DNA of 64,000 nucleotides from an uncultured Lactobacillus sp. GTDB taxonomy: Bacteria; Bacillota; Bacilli; Lactobacillales; Lactobacillaceae. A model generated the notes under the pieces. It made no database searches and was not told where the DNA came from. It worked only from the letters and a program-made list of their open reading frames with translations. The position numbers and the translations under genes were made by a program. This document shows, piece by piece, positions 62,874 through 64,000 of the stretch. The stretch covers positions 8,392 through 72,391 of the forward strand of contig CANRQR010000003.1 in assembly GCA_947641735.1 (NCBI GenBank). Direction: 5' to 3'. Within the stretch, counting starts at the first letter, position 1. Every line of letters starts with the position of its first letter.

Positions 62874-64000
62874 ATGAATGAAAAAACACGGAAAAATATA
62901 TCAGCCGCAGGCTTACTGATTGCTATTGGTATTGTCTACGGAGATATCGGAACAAGTCCGCTATATGTTATGAAATCAATTGTTGCCGGAAACGGCGGAA
63001 TTGCGAACGTAAATCGCGACTTTATTGTAGGTTCTATTTCCTTAGTACTTTGGACAGTTACCCTGTTAACAACTTTGCAAACTGTCTTTATTGCCTTAAA
63101 AGCTACTAACCATGGTGAAGGTGGTATTTTTGCCCTCTATACTTTGGTCCGGAAACGAGCAAAATGGCTTGTCCTTCCTGCTTTGATTGGTGGTGCAGCA
63201 ATTTTAGCTGATGGTACTTTAACTCCCGCAGTTACTGTTACAACTGCGATTGAAGGATTAAAAGGAATTGAATTTGGTCATGGTAACGTTCCAGTTTCTA
63301 CTCAAGGAACTGTTATTGCGATTACAGTAGTAATTCTTTTACTTTTGTTCTCAATTCAAAGAATGGGGACAAGTATTATCGGTAAGGCTTTTGGTCCAAT
63401 CATGTTTATCTGGTTCACCTTCTTAGGTGTAATTGGATTAATGAATATGATGGGGGATCTTTCAATTTTACAAGCTCTTAATCCATACTACGCAATTAAA
63501 CTTTTATTCAGTCCTTACAACAAAGCTGGAATCTTTATTTTAGGTTCTATCTTCCTTGCTACTACTGGTGCTGAAGCTTTGTATTCAGACGTTGGTCACG
63601 TTGGTAAAGGAAACATTATTGGTTCCTGGCCATATGTCTTTGTTTGTTTGTCACTTAACTACTTTGGTCAAGGTGTTTGGATTTTAAACAATCCTAACTA
63701 CAATGCGGGAAATGGTGATTTCAACCCATTCTTTGAAATTATTCCACAAAACATTCGTTTAGCTGCGATTGTTTTAGCAACTATTGCAGCTGTTATTGCT
63801 TCACAAGCTTTGATTACTGGTTCATTTACTTTAGTAGCTGAAGCCAGTGGTTTGAAATTTTTACCAAGAATGAATATTATGTATCCTTCCACTAAAAAGG
63901 GACAGATTTATATTCCTTCAGTTAATAAAATGATTTGTGCAGCGACTATTGCAATTGTTCTTTGCTTCCAAACCTCAGCTCACATGGAAGCAGCTTATGG
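62874..64000 (+). CDS. kup: Second KUP potassium uptake protein (partial, runs off window)
   Basis: ATG 62874 after GGAG; [34 protein letters not shown]; paralogous to the upstream kup; not in the ORF track. Confidence 0.93.
   Translation, partial: MNEKTRKNISAAGLLIAIGIVYGDIGTSPLYVMKSIVAGNGGIANVNRDFIVGSISLVLWTVTLLTTLQTVFIALKATNHGEGGIFALYTLVRKRAKWLVLPALIGGAAILADGTLTPAVTVTTAIEGLKGIEFGHGNVPVSTQGTVIAITVVILLLLFSIQRMGTSIIGKAFGPIMFIWFTFLGVIGLMNMMGDLSILQALNPYYAIKLLFSPYNKAGIFILGSIFLATTGAEALYSDVGHVGKGNIIGSWPYVFVCLSLNYFGQGVWILNNPNYNAGNGDFNPFFEIIPQNIRLAAIVLATIAAVIASQALITGSFTLVAEASGLKFLPRMNIMYPSTKKGQIYIPSVNKMICAATIAIVLCFQTSAHMEAAY

Noticed and set aside
63698-63892. 64-aa - strand ORF
   Set aside because: Antisense shadow of the second kup gene

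Overview
AT-rich chromosomal window from a Lactobacillus, most likely the L. gasseri/johnsonii/taiwanensis group (inferred from gene order and protein style). It holds: the core metG-tatD-rnmV-rsmA-veg-purR-glmU-prs block; trpS; T-box-controlled tyrS; tRNA-Gly(CCC) and tRNA-Thr(GGT); a large beta-glucoside/cellobiose PTS region (3 GH1 enzymes, 2 EIIC, 1 EIIA, 1 EIIB, 2 GntR, ROK); CIRCE-controlled hsp20; two C1B peptidases flanking an MqsRA-like module; cell-envelope genes (LCP-PlsY-like-LtaS-like operon, GtrA/GtrB, GH25 and GH73 autolysins); Zn-free rpsN; gpmA; and two tandem kup genes. No CRISPR, IS, integrase or prophage was seen. Most notable signals not explained by the ORF track: (1) a type I toxin-antitoxin architecture at ~45800-46150, with an SD-sequestered hydrophobic peptide broken by two frameshifts and a convergent ~90-nt antisense RNA with its own promoter and terminator; (2) a coupled LCP / non-canonical PlsY / extended LtaS operon; (3) a truncated, catalytically dead MgtA-like protein still under an M-box riboswitch; (4) a PfkB kinase lacking both lid segments. 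All calls come from motif recognition by eye; no database searches were run.
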